Origin: Chloroflexota bacterium
GTDB taxonomy: Bacteria > Chloroflexota > UBA11872 > VXOZ01
Direction: 5' to 3'
Length of the DNA: 64,000 nt
Assembly: GCA_965207135.1 (NCBI GenBank)
Contig: OZ242272.1
Coordinates: 2,837,044-2,901,043 of the forward strand
In this document: piece after piece, positions 19,096 through 29,192 of the stretch
Layout: every line of letters starts with the position of its first letter
Numbering within the stretch: the first letter of the stretch is position 1
Notes under the pieces: model-generated
The model's database searches: none
What the model was told of the DNA's origin: nothing
Seen by the model: the letters and a program-made list of their open reading frames with translations, nothing else
Translations under genes and position numbers: made by a program

Positions 19096-19471
19096 GCCGC
19101 ACTCCTTTCCAAAGTTAATTTATTGAATTATACACAGTTGTACGGTACAAGACATACTCCCCGCTGTCTTTGGCAGCGCACTTCTAGAGTTCTTGATGAG
19201 TAACTTCCGCGCACTCTTCCTTTCCGATCATGGTTCGATCCTTCGACGAGCTCAGGACAAGCAAGCTCACCACGAACGGATAGCGCCAACGCTCGGTTGC
19301 ACCCACGCCGCTCCCATCCAGGAGGAATGCAATGGCTCCTTCCCACTAGGCCTGAGGTTGTCGCAGGCCAACCTGTGCATGTGGCGAGGCCAGCGTCCTG
19401 AAGCCCAGGCACGATCGCCTAACCTGCATCACAAGTACGGAGCCACTATTCCGCACAGGCAGTTCGTTTAA

Positions 19472-20461
19472 TCACACCTGCGGGATCGCCACCAGCGTAT
19501 CAGAATCCGCTGCCTCTTTGGCAGTGAGCGCTACCTGCATGGATTGCAACGCGCTCGCGGTATCCACCAGTGGCTCTTGCCCTGCGCACGCCTTCAGGGC
19601 GAAATCGGCAAACACGTTCTGGGCCGCTGAGAGATCTGTCACTTGACCCGCGTGGTCGCTATTGTAGAGAATCACCTCGCCCTTCGCGGTGATCTCCACC
19701 TGTCCGTCGGTGCCCAAGACCCTCATGCGGCAGTCCATGCCGGCAAAGGCCGGGCTCACCAGGCGGTGGTGCTCCATGATGGCGGTCGCGTTCCGTTCTT
19801 GCAGGAAGTAAAGCTGGCCGGCATTGCGGTAGTAGGGGTCATCGGGCCGGGCAAAGTTTGATTCCCGCGCCAGTACGTGCGTGTACTCCAGTCCCGTAAT
19901 CCAACGGAGCGCATCGATGTCGTGGATGAGCAGGTCGGGAATGGGACCCCCGGAAAGCCGCTCGTCGAAGAACCACGGCGCGCGGGTCTCGCGCTTTTCC
20001 ATGGCCGAGCGCATGCCGTAGCTCTGCACGACGTCTCCGATAGCGCCGCTGCGCACGATCTCATGCAGTTTGGCGTAGCCGGGCTGGCCGCGCAGGGTGA
20101 AGAGCTGCCCGACTTTGCGGTCCGGATGTTCACGCACGAGCGCCACTGTGGCGTCAAGCTCTTCCTGTGTGATCATCAAGGGCTTGTCGGCGGTGACGTG
20201 CAGTCCCGCCTTCAACGCATCAACAACAACCCGTCCTTGATGGGCAGGAATCAGGCAGACCGCCGCCACGTCGACTTGCTCTTGCGCGAACAGCGTCGCA
20301 TGGTCGTCATAGAGCCTCGCGCCGTACTTGTCTTGTATCTCGTCGGCGCGTGCGCCCGCTTGGGCGACCGCAGCCAGCTCAATTTCATCCGATTCGTCTA
20401 TGCCGGCAAACACGTGCGGTGCATGCTGTTCCACCCCCACCATGCCTACTCTAATTGCCAT
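19472..20461 (-). CDS. Gfo/Idh/MocA-family oxidoreductase
   Basis: N-terminal Rossmann MAIRVGMVGVEQHAPHVF and a central ADKPL motif. Same strand as DegT, 376 nt upstream of it. Confidence 0.75.
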   Translation of the reverse strand: MAIRVGMVGVEQHAPHVFAGIDESDEIELAAVAQAGARADEIQDKYGARLYDDHATLFAQEQVDVAAVCLIPAHQGRVVVDALKAGLHVTADKPLMITQEELDATVALVREHPDRKVGQLFTLRGQPGYAKLHEIVRSGAIGDVVQSYGMRSAMEKRETRAPWFFDERLSGGPIPDLLIHDIDALRWITGLEYTHVLARESNFARPDDPYYRNAGQLYFLQERNATAIMEHHRLVSPAFAGMDCRMRVLGTDGQVEITAKGEVILYNSDHAGQVTDLSAAQNVFADFALKACAGQEPLVDTASALQSMQVALTAKEAADSDTLVAIPQV

Positions 20462-20840
20462 CAGTTACCGTATTCCTTTCTCAAGAAGCGTGTGTTTCCG
20501 CCGCGATTCCGCTCTCTTAACCCCGCTTACCCCTATCGAGGCGATGTTCCTTGAGAGATAGTACCGCAGGCGTGAGTTTGACGCACGGACGGACGCAGCC
20601 GAGGAACGCAATTCAGTTGCTACATATTCTGTCGCTGACATCGTGTGACCGGTATTAGGGCAATCATTGCCTATCTCCTTGCCGCAAGGACACGATGTGT
20701 CGCCCGCAACAGTGCTCTCTGCGCCTTCTCCCAACTGTCTCGGCGCAGCCGAGCGAGGCAAGACTCGCAGCCGCAAAGTCTAACTAGCGCGTAGCACAAG
20801 GTTGCAACGTGCGCCCATCCGTGGGCAACCCTTAAAGAGA

Positions 20841-20868
20841 GGAGAGATACGGAATCCCGTATCCCTCC
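20841..20868 (-). terminator. Candidate terminator hairpin downstream of the binding-protein gene
   Basis: GGAGAGATACGG-AATC-CCGTATCCCTCC with 11 of 12 bp pairing. It is followed on the minus strand by TCTCTTTAAG. Confidence 0.3.
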
Positions 20869-20904
20869 TGATCATTCGCTAACAATCGCGGCGTCTACCA
20901 CAAC

Positions 20905-22296
20905 TTAGCAGATGCAACCGCCCTCTTCCAGGGCAATCGTAGCCACTTGCTGCAGTTCGTCCTGCACTTCCTGGACGGTGCGCGCGCCGTCCTCGATGTC
21001 CTTCCAGCCCTGGCTCCAAGCGCCATTGACCTCAGATTGCTTCACAATCTGCTTGGCGCCCTCGCTGAGTTCCGCCATCTGGGCGTAGACATTGGCATCC
21101 TCATAGGGCCACAGGGTCACCGGGCTCTGCTTGCGGCTGGCCGTGTAGCGGCGGCCGCCGAGCTGAGCAATCTGCTGGTCGGACTCCGGACCAATGAGAA
21201 TCTTATAGAGTTCCCAGGCCAGGTCCGCTTGTGGCGCCGATGAACTCAGATAGTTCGCGTTCAACGCCTGAATGGTGGTGCGTCCGCCGGGACCCTCGGG
21301 CAGCAGCGTGTGTCCAATGTTGAAGGGAGTATCCTTGGACATGATGTTCGCTTGGAAGCTGCGCGTATTGGCGCCGCTTGCCAGGCGCGCAGAGAGGGTC
21401 TCCTCTTCAAAGGACGCCGAAGCGTCATTCTCACGCGGCGTGCTGATACGGGGTGAGACCTCGTGCTTCGTGACCAGGTCCTGCGCGGCCTGCACCGCAG
21501 CCGCGAATTCCGGCGTAGTCATCGTCGCCGCGGTGATGTCGGCGTTCCACCAGTCCGCGCCCCAGGCCTTGAGATGATGCCCAAACCAGCCGGTGGAGTG
21601 GTAGGCATAGAAGAAGCCCCAGCGCGTGGTGTTCGCGCCTTCCTTCTTGGTGAGTTTCTGCGCAAACTCAAGCGCAGCGTCCCACGTCCATTTGCCGTCC
21701 GCCGCCAGCTCGGCAGGCGACGTCAGACCGGCCTCGGTGACCTGGTCCGCGTTGTACCAGAACTCCTTGCCCTGGTTGAACCAGGCAATGCCGTAGATCT
21801 GGCCCTGGATCTTCTCCAGCGCGTGATCGTAGAAGTCATCGCGGGACACGTCGCCGTCTTTGGCGATGAACGGGTCCAGCGGCTGGATCATCTCGTTCTG
21901 CGCGAATTGACTGATATAGGAGAAGTGGCCGTAGTACATGTCAATCGGCACGTTACCCGCAAACGAGCTCACGGCCTTCTCGATGAGTACCGCAAAACCG
22001 CCGGTTACCGGGTCTACCTCAAGTTGCACTTCGGGGAACTGCGCCCGATAGTTATCGAAGATCTGGCCGAAGTTATCCTCCCACACCTCCTGTGTGGTGG
22101 TGTAGTGGAGGTAACGGACCGTCTTCGGCTCCATAGCCTTGGTTTCCTCAGCCGGTTTGGCCTCTGCCTCTGCCGCCGGTGCCTCGCCCTCGGCCGGCAT
22201 AGTAGTTACGGCCTGCCCGCACGCGGCCGCCAGCAAGCCTGCGCCAGCCACCAAGCTGCCGCCAAGCAATGTTCGTCGCGTTACTGTCGCTCTCAC
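20905..22296 (-). CDS. ABC transporter solute-binding protein (family 1, sugar-type), Tat/lipoprotein
   Basis: The start is taken at GTG 22296 (M)RATVTRRTLLGGSLVAGAGLLAAACGQ, with a GGAGGAAG RBS 8 nt upstream. Twin-arginine motif plus a lipobox. No permease or ATPase is adjacent. Confidence 0.78.
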   Translation of the reverse strand: MRATVTRRTLLGGSLVAGAGLLAAACGQAVTTMPAEGEAPAAEAEAKPAEETKAMEPKTVRYLHYTTTQEVWEDNFGQIFDNYRAQFPEVQLEVDPVTGGFAVLIEKAVSSFAGNVPIDMYYGHFSYISQFAQNEMIQPLDPFIAKDGDVSRDDFYDHALEKIQGQIYGIAWFNQGKEFWYNADQVTEAGLTSPAELAADGKWTWDAALEFAQKLTKKEGANTTRWGFFYAYHSTGWFGHHLKAWGADWWNADITAATMTTPEFAAAVQAAQDLVTKHEVSPRISTPRENDASASFEEETLSARLASGANTRSFQANIMSKDTPFNIGHTLLPEGPGGRTTIQALNANYLSSSAPQADLAWELYKILIGPESDQQIAQLGGRRYTASRKQSPVTLWPYEDANVYAQMAELSEGAKQIVKQSEVNGAWSQGWKDIEDGARTVQEVQDELQQVATIALEEGGCIC

Positions 22297-22705
22297 GTTT
22301 TCTTCCTCCGGGTACATAAAGCTAAATTCTTCACCGTTAATAGTACATGCACCGTGTAGATGGTGCGCTCTCGGGCACGTGCGCTGCCGTCTCGCCCTAA
22401 AGAAACCGCCAATTCTCCTTTCTCAATTCATCCAATACGCGCCGTAGCGCGAAACGCCGTCATTGCACAACCAATTGCCCGTACAGGTTGAAATGTCGTT
22501 GAAAGTAGTATACCAGCGTGTCATCCATTAGCAAGCCGACGCAGATGCAAAGTGGAATCTGTGGCCCCTTCCGACTGCGCGAAGCGACCTATAGTATTGC
22601 CAGAACGATCATTTGCGTTAACACAGTAGGATTTTTTGCAGTGTATACTGTACAAGCCAAAGACAGAATTAACTTCCGTATCGGGACAGTGCTGGAGGCA
22701 CATCC

Positions 22706-25309
22706 GTGAAGAGACTCGTAGCGCTGCTCGGCTTCGCCCTGTTCCTGCTGTTCCCGACCTCCGTCGCGGCGGCGGACTGCCAGTTCGTGCTGGGATTCAA
22801 GACGGTACGGGATCTCATCGGCCACGAAATTGTCGGCGCGTGTTTAGAAAGCGAGCGCTACAACCACATTGGCGACGGCCTGCAGCAGACCACCGGCGGC
22901 CTGCTCGTCTGGCGCAAGACCGACAATTGGACCGCCTTCACCGACGGCTACCGCACCTGGATCAACGGCCCCAACGGCCTGGTGCAACGCCTCAATACCG
23001 AACGCTTCGCCTGGGAAGCCGACTACGCCCCCGGGCTCGTGTCCCTGAGACGGAGCGACCCCGAGGCTGCGGCGGCCATAGAGGCCCTACCCTGGGTGCG
23101 TGACGGCATCCGCAGCCATCCGCCGCTATATCGAGGCTTTGAGTTTGAGCTGAATAGGGTTTCAGATCTCATTGACTTGGCGCACAACTCGCGGTCGGCA
23201 TTTACAAACCTGATTGGCAAGCCTCGGATTCTGAATGACTTCGCCCCGTTTCCCCGAACAGAGGCGGTGAGAGGCGTGGCCGGTGACCTCTGGGCCGACG
23301 TCATCATCGGCCAGCCGGACTTTTCGCAAGTCTCTGAGGAGCAAGTAGTACCGTTCAAGGTGTTCAACCCGGGCGGTGTGGTTGTCGATCGCTCAGTTTC
23401 CCCGGGAAGGGCCTACATCTGGGACGCGGGCAATAGCCGAATTCTCGGTATTGACCTGAGCACGTGTTATGCCGGGGAGGGACCCTGTTCGGCAGACGTA
23501 GTTATCGGTCAACCGTCAGCGTTCGATCACTCCGCCTGCAACGGCGATTCCAATTTGCAGAATTTTCCCGTACGGGCCGCAGCCAGTGCCGAGACCCTCT
23601 GCGGCATCATCGATGTCGCCATTTCGGTGGACGAAGAACACACCTTTGTGACCATGGCGGTCGACGCCCACGGCAACCTCTACGTACCGGATTCCCTGAA
23701 TAACCGCGTCCTGAAGTACAATCGTCCGTTCGAGACTGACTCCATTGCCGATGAGGTTTGGGGACAAAGTGACTTTTCCGGCATAGTCTGCAACCGGGAT
23801 AGTCCGACAATGCGACCAAACCGCGAATCGCTTTGCTTTCACTCGGCTACGTATCGCGTGCGCATGGGCTGGTTTGCCAGTGGTGTGGAAATCGATCCCG
23901 CGGGAAACCTCTGGGTAGCGGATGCCGCCAATCACCGCGTCCTTAGGTATCCCATAATTCACACCACAGGAGTCATCGCCAAACAGGCCGATCTGGTGCT
24001 CGGTCAGTCTGGCTTTCAAAGCAATAGCTGGGGTGCTGGACGTAACGAGCTCGATTCCCCGGCGGCGGTCAGAACCGATGCAAGAGGTCATGTGTACGTG
24101 GCCGACAAGGGCAACAATCGCATCTTGGTGTTTGCGCCTCCCTTCACATCGGGGATGGCGGCAACCACCGTGATCAGTTCCAACCTGAGCCGCCCAACTA
24201 CGCTAGAGATTGACCCGACTAGAAACGGCGTGTGGATAAACAGCTCGGATAGCAATAGTCTCAGTTTCTGGCCTATGAGGGGTTCTGGGACAAGAGCATC
24301 ACAATTGAGCATTCCGGGCCGAAGTGGGGGAGGCATCGGCATCGATAGTGCAGGGAATCTCTTGTTGCCATTGATTTCATTTACCCAGGATGTTTACCGC
24401 TTCCCCGCCAGTAGATTGAACACGCATGCGAGCTCTATCGGCGAGCCAGACAAGAGGCTGTTCTATCCACCCGGTGGGATCAACTTTAAGGGGGATCGGG
24501 AGATCCGCAATGGAACAGGCGTTGCGGTATTCAAAGACCAGCTAATCGCCGCAGATACCAAGCGGTTGCTCTTTTGGAATGGGGTAGCCGGGCTCAGGAA
24601 CGGCCAGCCCGCTGACGGCATAGTCGGCGAAGCTTATTGGACACCTGCCTGGGAAACGTGCTGCGGCCAGATCAAAGTAGATGGGGCGGGAAGGCTATGG
24701 GTCTTGGGCACTGACGTCACACGGTACATCAATGTCTATCAGCTACCCCTGACCACACATTCGGAGCCGATAAAGACCATAGCGATGGAGGGAGCGACTT
24801 TTCCGGTGCTGGGAACGCACAGATGGGTAACACTTGGCCGTTATATTCGTGGCGTTGCTCCGATAGGAAATGGAGAAGCAATCTGGATCAGTGATTCTCA
24901 CAATCACCGCGTGGTGCGCCTGCGCGATCCGCTAACCAATCCGGTAGTAGACGTGATCCTGGGACAGAGGGATACTGCAGGAACGAAGTGCAATCGCCGT
25001 GCTCACATCGGCCCGTGGGATAGGCCCCAGGAGGTTGTTGGCGCGCCGCAGGACGACATGCTCTGCTTCCCGGGCGCGCTCTCTATGATCGGCTGGGAAA
25101 TCTCTTCGTCTCCGACCATTCGCTTGAAGTGGCAGGCAATTGGCGGCTCCTGGTATTCCCGCGCCATGTCACCCCTACAGGCAATGTTTCAACCATCTTT
25201 GCCCCTGCCGCCACGAAGGTCTTCACTGACTTGGGCGCGGTGGAAGAGAGGTACTTTACAAATGCTTGGGAACCCGGACAAACTGTTGAAACCGGCAGTG
25301 TCTACCTAG
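22706..25309 (+). CDS. Large secreted NHL-repeat (beta-propeller) protein; the reading frame breaks near 25087
   Basis: GTG start with a GGAGG RBS and signal peptide MKRLVALLGFALFLLFPTSVAAA. Multiple NHL-type motifs (NNRVLKY, NHRVLRYP, NNRILVFAPP, HNHRVVRLRD). The last roughly 70 aa of this frame are low-complexity and non-protein-like. Confidence 0.75.
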   Translation: MKRLVALLGFALFLLFPTSVAAADCQFVLGFKTVRDLIGHEIVGACLESERYNHIGDGLQQTTGGLLVWRKTDNWTAFTDGYRTWINGPNGLVQRLNTERFAWEADYAPGLVSLRRSDPEAAAAIEALPWVRDGIRSHPPLYRGFEFELNRVSDLIDLAHNSRSAFTNLIGKPRILNDFAPFPRTEAVRGVAGDLWADVIIGQPDFSQVSEEQVVPFKVFNPGGVVVDRSVSPGRAYIWDAGNSRILGIDLSTCYAGEGPCSADVVIGQPSAFDHSACNGDSNLQNFPVRAAASAETLCGIIDVAISVDEEHTFVTMAVDAHGNLYVPDSLNNRVLKYNRPFETDSIADEVWGQSDFSGIVCNRDSPTMRPNRESLCFHSATYRVRMGWFASGVEIDPAGNLWVADAANHRVLRYPIIHTTGVIAKQADLVLGQSGFQSNSWGAGRNELDSPAAVRTDARGHVYVADKGNNRILVFAPPFTSGMAATTVISSNLSRPTTLEIDPTRNGVWINSSDSNSLSFWPMRGSGTRASQLSIPGRSGGGIGIDSAGNLLLPLISFTQDVYRFPASRLNTHASSIGEPDKRLFYPPGGINFKGDREIRNGTGVAVFKDQLIAADTKRLLFWNGVAGLRNGQPADGIVGEAYWTPAWETCCGQIKVDGAGRLWVLGTDVTRYINVYQLPLTTHSEPIKTIAMEGATFPVLGTHRWVTLGRYIRGVAPIGNGEAIWISDSHNHRVVRLRDPLTNPVVDVILGQRDTAGTKCNRRAHIGPWDRPQEVVGAPQDDMLCFPGALSMIGWEISSSPTIRLKWQAIGGSWYSRAMSPLQAMFQPSLPLPPRRSSLTWARWKRGTLQMLGNPDKLLKPAVST

Positions 25310-25569
25310 GATCAAGGCAGACTGCCACTTGGGAACCGGCCTTCGACAGTACAAACAGAATGGTGGTGGGTTACAACAGCTACATGGCGCCCAGATTCGT
25401 CGGCTACTACGATAGCCCGCTCGGCCCGAACACTACTCCAAACGGATTCTTGAAGGACCTTGGCTCTATGCCGTATGCGGCAACGTTCGATGAAAACGAC
25501 AACCTGTACGTGGCCGATCAAAACCGTAACAGAATTCTGATATATTGGAGACCCTTCAAGAACCAATAA
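25087..25569 (+). other. Continuation of the NHL-repeat protein in the -1 frame (frameshift)
   Basis: In the frame of track ORF 25129-25569 the upstream codons from 25087 read DRLGNLFVSDHS, the expected NHL strand. The ORF ends NDNLYVADQNRNRILIYWRPF, another NHL repeat. A stop at 25021-25023 in this frame limits its upstream extent. Confidence 0.55.
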
Positions 25570-25816
25570 TAGAGGTAATTTTGATAGGAACCGCTTTGAA
25601 AGTCAGCCACGGCTTCCAGTTGCCTAAGGCAAAGTCAATGGGCAATTCAGGCGCAGCGGGCACTCGCAACCAGTGAAGTACCAAGGCTCCCGCCAACTGA
25701 ATCGTGGAATCAGAAGGCATGGGCCAAGCGGCTGACCATACCGCCTCCTACGTCTGCTGCCCGACCATCCCCTCTGGCACTCACTGGCATCGATAGAGAT
25801 GCTACCCAGCTCGCTC

Positions 25817-27025
25817 TCACTCTCGCCAGGTGGACTCGCCGCTGGCGATGGCGATCCCTTCTGCCGCGGCGTAGAGATAGCGCTCGGCCCAGGCTGTGGT
25901 GGCTTGCAGATCGTAGTTCCACGACTGCACGGCGTAGAACATGCAGTGGGAGTGGAGCCGGGCGAGGTTTGGCGTGAAGAAGGCCGCCGGTTTCCACCAC
26001 TGTCCGATGGGACGGTGGTCGTTGTGGTCGCCGAGCCGCTGGCGCATGACCGCATTGAAACGCTCAACGTACCCCGGATCCGTTTCAGGCGGGTAGATGT
26101 CCGCCATGCCGGGATTGAGCAGGTGCAGCTTGCGCACCCCCAGGTGATCTTCCTGTCCCGGTGGAATCGTGCGGTAGTGAGCGTGGAACTCCAGATAGGC
26201 CTGGGTCGGCGCCAGCCCCACGTAGTCTGCCAAGGCCTTGCTCTCCACCGGACACGGTTCGCCACTCACCGCCGCTTTGTAACCGCCGGCCACCACCTCG
26301 CCGCTGCCATTGAGCAGGCTGTAGCCTTCCGCCGCGCCGTCAGGATTGATCATCGGCACCAGGCAGACCTGATAGTTGTCCAGCAGCCAGCGCGAATCCG
26401 TGAGATCGACCGTGAGCCGCCGGGCCAATTCCACCAAGCGTTCCGCCACCGGCTCCGCGCCCTGGGACGTGCCCGCCATTACGATGCGCTTGGCGCGCGG
26501 CGCGGTCTCAAGCGCCCAGATTTTCCGGCCTTTCGCAGTTTCGCCCAAAACGCGGGTCGACCAGTTATGCCCCTCGGTTCTCTCCAGTGCTGCGAGCTGC
26601 GTCTCCAGCTCTGAAGGAGCGATGAACGGCATGCTGCCCATGATCACGGATTCTCCTGCCTGCAACGAGAGCGTGATGAGCACGTCGCTGGTGTCCGGCA
26701 CGTTGGTGGCGTGCTCCAGTGGAATCGGCTCCCAGCCCGCAGCGCGCTTGACAAAGCCGCCAAATTGGATATACCAGCCGCCCAAATCCCTATCTGTGTG
26801 GACGTGGATACGCAGCGCGGGTGTCTCCCGGTGTGCCGTAATGCGCACGCTATAGCGGTACTGCGTCGGCACCCCCTTAAAGTGCTCGTCGAAGCCCGTG
26901 GGCTTGGGGTCAACCCGCGTAGCGAGATGCACGGTGCCGTCATCGTCCAACGACACATCTTCCGCCGCGGCCGCCTCAAACTCTGTGTCAAAGGTCACAC
27001 CGAGTTCATCTATAGTCTTCCTCAT
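25817..27025 (-). CDS. M14-like carboxypeptidase paralog; the zinc-ligand His appears substituted
   Basis: It shares the NPDG block (VPMINPDGAAEG) and overall layout with 1362-2525. The position of the HPHE zinc motif reads TSQGAE. Confidence 0.6.
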   Translation of the reverse strand: MRKTIDELGVTFDTEFEAAAAEDVSLDDDGTVHLATRVDPKPTGFDEHFKGVPTQYRYSVRITAHRETPALRIHVHTDRDLGGWYIQFGGFVKRAAGWEPIPLEHATNVPDTSDVLITLSLQAGESVIMGSMPFIAPSELETQLAALERTEGHNWSTRVLGETAKGRKIWALETAPRAKRIVMAGTSQGAEPVAERLVELARRLTVDLTDSRWLLDNYQVCLVPMINPDGAAEGYSLLNGSGEVVAGGYKAAVSGEPCPVESKALADYVGLAPTQAYLEFHAHYRTIPPGQEDHLGVRKLHLLNPGMADIYPPETDPGYVERFNAVMRQRLGDHNDHRPIGQWWKPAAFFTPNLARLHSHCMFYAVQSWNYDLQATTAWAERYLYAAAEGIAIASGESTWRE

Positions 27026-27125
27026 CGGACATTCTCCTTGCGTGGACTAGAGCTTTGGCATTCGGTCTCGTCTCGTCGAGAGAGCAACATTGTCTTTGGG
27101 TTGGACAACTTGGTAAGAGTATGAC

Positions 27126-27157
27126 ACGTAGGGGCACGACATGTCGTGCCCCTACGT
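27126..27157. repeat. Perfect 32-nt palindrome, repeat family A, copy 1 (ACGTAGGGGCACGACATGTCGTGCCCCTACGT)
   Basis: The reverse complement is identical to the forward sequence, giving a 14-16 bp stem. A second copy lies at 32576-32603. Confidence 0.8.
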
Positions 27158-27182
27158 TTTGGAACCCATAGCTGCTAGGAAT

Positions 27183-27218
27183 GCCCTCACCCTAACCCTC
27201 TCCCACGAGGAGAGGGGA
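27183..27218. repeat. REP-like hairpin repeat, family B, copy 3
   Basis: GCCCTCACCCTAACCCTCTCCCACGAGGAGAGGGGAC, 25 nt downstream of palindrome A. Track ORF 27141-27344 is just a translation of these repeats. Confidence 0.7.
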
Positions 27219-27313
27219 CTAATCCAATGCATAGGGAAGGACTGCGCGACTCGACAACCGGAGAGTCAACCATATTCCCCAGTAGGTCTTCAATTACCAC
27301 GTGCAAGCTGCGA

Positions 27314-28231
27314 CTACGCTACATTTGGAACCACGCGGTCGTAGATTTCGTCATTCGTAGCGACCCAGCAACCGCCGGGCTTTGCCAGCGCGTAGGGCAA
27401 GACTGATTCCAACACGTCGCAATGGGGATCTCTGGCGGCCAGTACCGGCGGATGGAACGTCATGGTCAGTACCTGGCCGTTGTCGTGGGCGTGGTCGATG
27501 CCGTGCTTGAGCAGATTGATGAACTCCCAGCGGTCAAGGTCCAAATAGCGGAAGCCCCAAATGTCGGTTATGCCCGTGGGCGGGAGCTCCGGCAGACCGT
27601 TGGGATAGCGATAGGGCTGCAGCGAATCAAGACTCTCTCGCATGGCCTTTTCCAAGCTTTCTTGCGTTGGCCGCAGCTGCGTGGGATCCACCTGAAATCG
27701 GTAGTGCGAAGAGGCGTAGCCAAATCCCTCATCCTGCAACAGGTCTTGCACCGCAGGAACGTCTTGCAGACCGTCCACAAACCCACCCGGCGTGCGGAAG
27801 CCAACGGGATCAACGCCGAGCGTCTCGCGCATGGCGTGGCTGGTCTGGCGGAGCTCGTCGCGAATGCACGTGAGCGCAGAACGGCCATGGGCCCACCACG
27901 GCGCTGCCGCATAGGTCACCTGGAGTTGCGGGATCTCTTGCGCCCGCACATTAACATGAGAATACGTATGGTTGCCCAGAGCATGCCCTGCGTCCACCGA
28001 TTCTCTCAAATAGTCGAGATCGGGATCCTCTAACGCGCTGCCTACCAGGAAGTAATGCAGCTTGACACCGTATTTCGCGGCCACTGCATTCAGCTTTTGA
28101 ATGTACTGCTTGCTGTCCGCATCGATGGCCCCCTTGCGGTGGTCCCACACCGACGTCCAGTACGGAAAATTGGTGCACATCTCCACGTCGAACGTCAGGC
28201 TTAGACAGAACGCCGCGCCATTCGGGTACAT
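27314..28231 (-). CDS. Polysaccharide deacetylase (NodB-homology) family protein
   Basis: LTFDVE...FLVGSALED...HALGNHTYSHVN contains the NodB motifs 1-3 (TFD[DV]E, H-x-x-x-H). Confidence 0.78.
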   Translation of the reverse strand: MYPNGAAFCLSLTFDVEMCTNFPYWTSVWDHRKGAIDADSKQYIQKLNAVAAKYGVKLHYFLVGSALEDPDLDYLRESVDAGHALGNHTYSHVNVRAQEIPQLQVTYAAAPWWAHGRSALTCIRDELRQTSHAMRETLGVDPVGFRTPGGFVDGLQDVPAVQDLLQDEGFGYASSHYRFQVDPTQLRPTQESLEKAMRESLDSLQPYRYPNGLPELPPTGITDIWGFRYLDLDRWEFINLLKHGIDHAHDNGQVLTMTFHPPVLAARDPHCDVLESVLPYALAKPGGCWVATNDEIYDRVVPNVA

Positions 28232-28370
28232 TCTTCTTCTCCCTGATTCAGAGTTTCTCGCTTAACTGTGCCGCCGGCCTACCGGAACTGCCGCTGCATC
28301 TCAATCCGGTGCCCAAACTCCCTACCGACGTTCCCCCATTATATGAATGACGAAGGGCATCGCCCTATCC

Positions 28371-29192
28371 TCAGCGCGCCTTCTTCACTGCTACCACAAC
28401 CGCGAAGATTAGCGTTGCCACCAATGCCATGGACGGCCCGGAGGGCAAGTTGTAGTGAAACGAGAGGTAGAGCCCCGCCACGGCGGAGATAGTGCCCAAG
28501 AGCGCTCCTGTAAACATTGCCCTGGGAAAATTTCGCACCAGCAGGAATGACGTTGCCGCGGGCGTGATGAGCATCGCCAGCACGAGGACGATCCCCACGG
28601 CCTGGATGGCTAGCACGATGACTACGGCGAGCAACGCCAACAAGAGGTAGTCCAGCGCCTGTGTGGGCAAGCCAATGACTGACGCGCCTGCTGGGTCAAA
28701 GCTGGCAAACACCAACTCCTTGTGGAGCAGATAGAGTATCACCAGCACACCGGCGGCCATGACTGCAGTAATCGTCACGTCGCGGGTGGTCACGCCCAGC
28801 ACCTGGCCCAAGAGGATGTCTTCCAGGCTCACCCGCAGTCCGCGGGTGAACGACAGCATGACTACACCTAGAGCAAAGAGTCCGGCAAACAGGATACCCA
28901 CCGAAGTATCGGCGCTGACACCGGCGCGCCGAATGAGGTAGCCACTGAGCAAGGCCACCACGATGCCCATAGGCATCGCGCCCAGGAACGGGTTGACGCC
29001 AATCACGAACGCCGCCACCATGCCGGGCAATACGGCGTGAGAGAGTGCGTCACCCATAAAGCCCAAGCCTTTGGTGACCACGTATGCGCCCAGCATGGGG
29101 CACATTATCCCCACAAGCACCGAAACAATCAGCGCTCGCAGCATAAAGCCGTACTGAAACGGAGCGATGAAGATATCGGTTATGACATCCAA
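28371..29192 (-). CDS. znuB: Metal (Zn/Mn-type, ABC-3) ABC transporter permease
   Basis: Polytopic membrane protein of the ABC-3 family with a conserved GDALSHAVLPG motif. It is directly downstream of, and overlapping, the ATPase gene. Confidence 0.75.
   Translation of the reverse strand: MDVITDIFIAPFQYGFMLRALIVSVLVGIMCPMLGAYVVTKGLGFMGDALSHAVLPGMVAAFVIGVNPFLGAMPMGIVVALLSGYLIRRAGVSADTSVGILFAGLFALGVVMLSFTRGLRVSLEDILLGQVLGVTTRDVTITAVMAAGVLVILYLLHKELVFASFDPAGASVIGLPTQALDYLLLALLAVVIVLAIQAVGIVLVLAMLITPAATSFLLVRNFPRAMFTGALLGTISAVAGLYLSFHYNLPSGPSMALVATLIFAVVVAVKKAR

Noticed and set aside
20465-20776. 103-aa minus-strand ORF downstream of the oxidoreductase
   Set aside because: Low-complexity Ser/Arg-rich product with no RBS. 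The region is more likely a 3' UTR or intergenic.
22318-22705. Possible promoter TTGCAG/TATACT in the divergent region upstream of the NHL gene
   Set aside because: Spacing between candidate -35 and -10 elements is wrong (2 or 25 nt). It is not called.
27141-27344. 67-aa ORF
   Set aside because: It is entirely composed of the family A palindrome and family B hairpin repeat, so it is a translation of a non-coding repeat.
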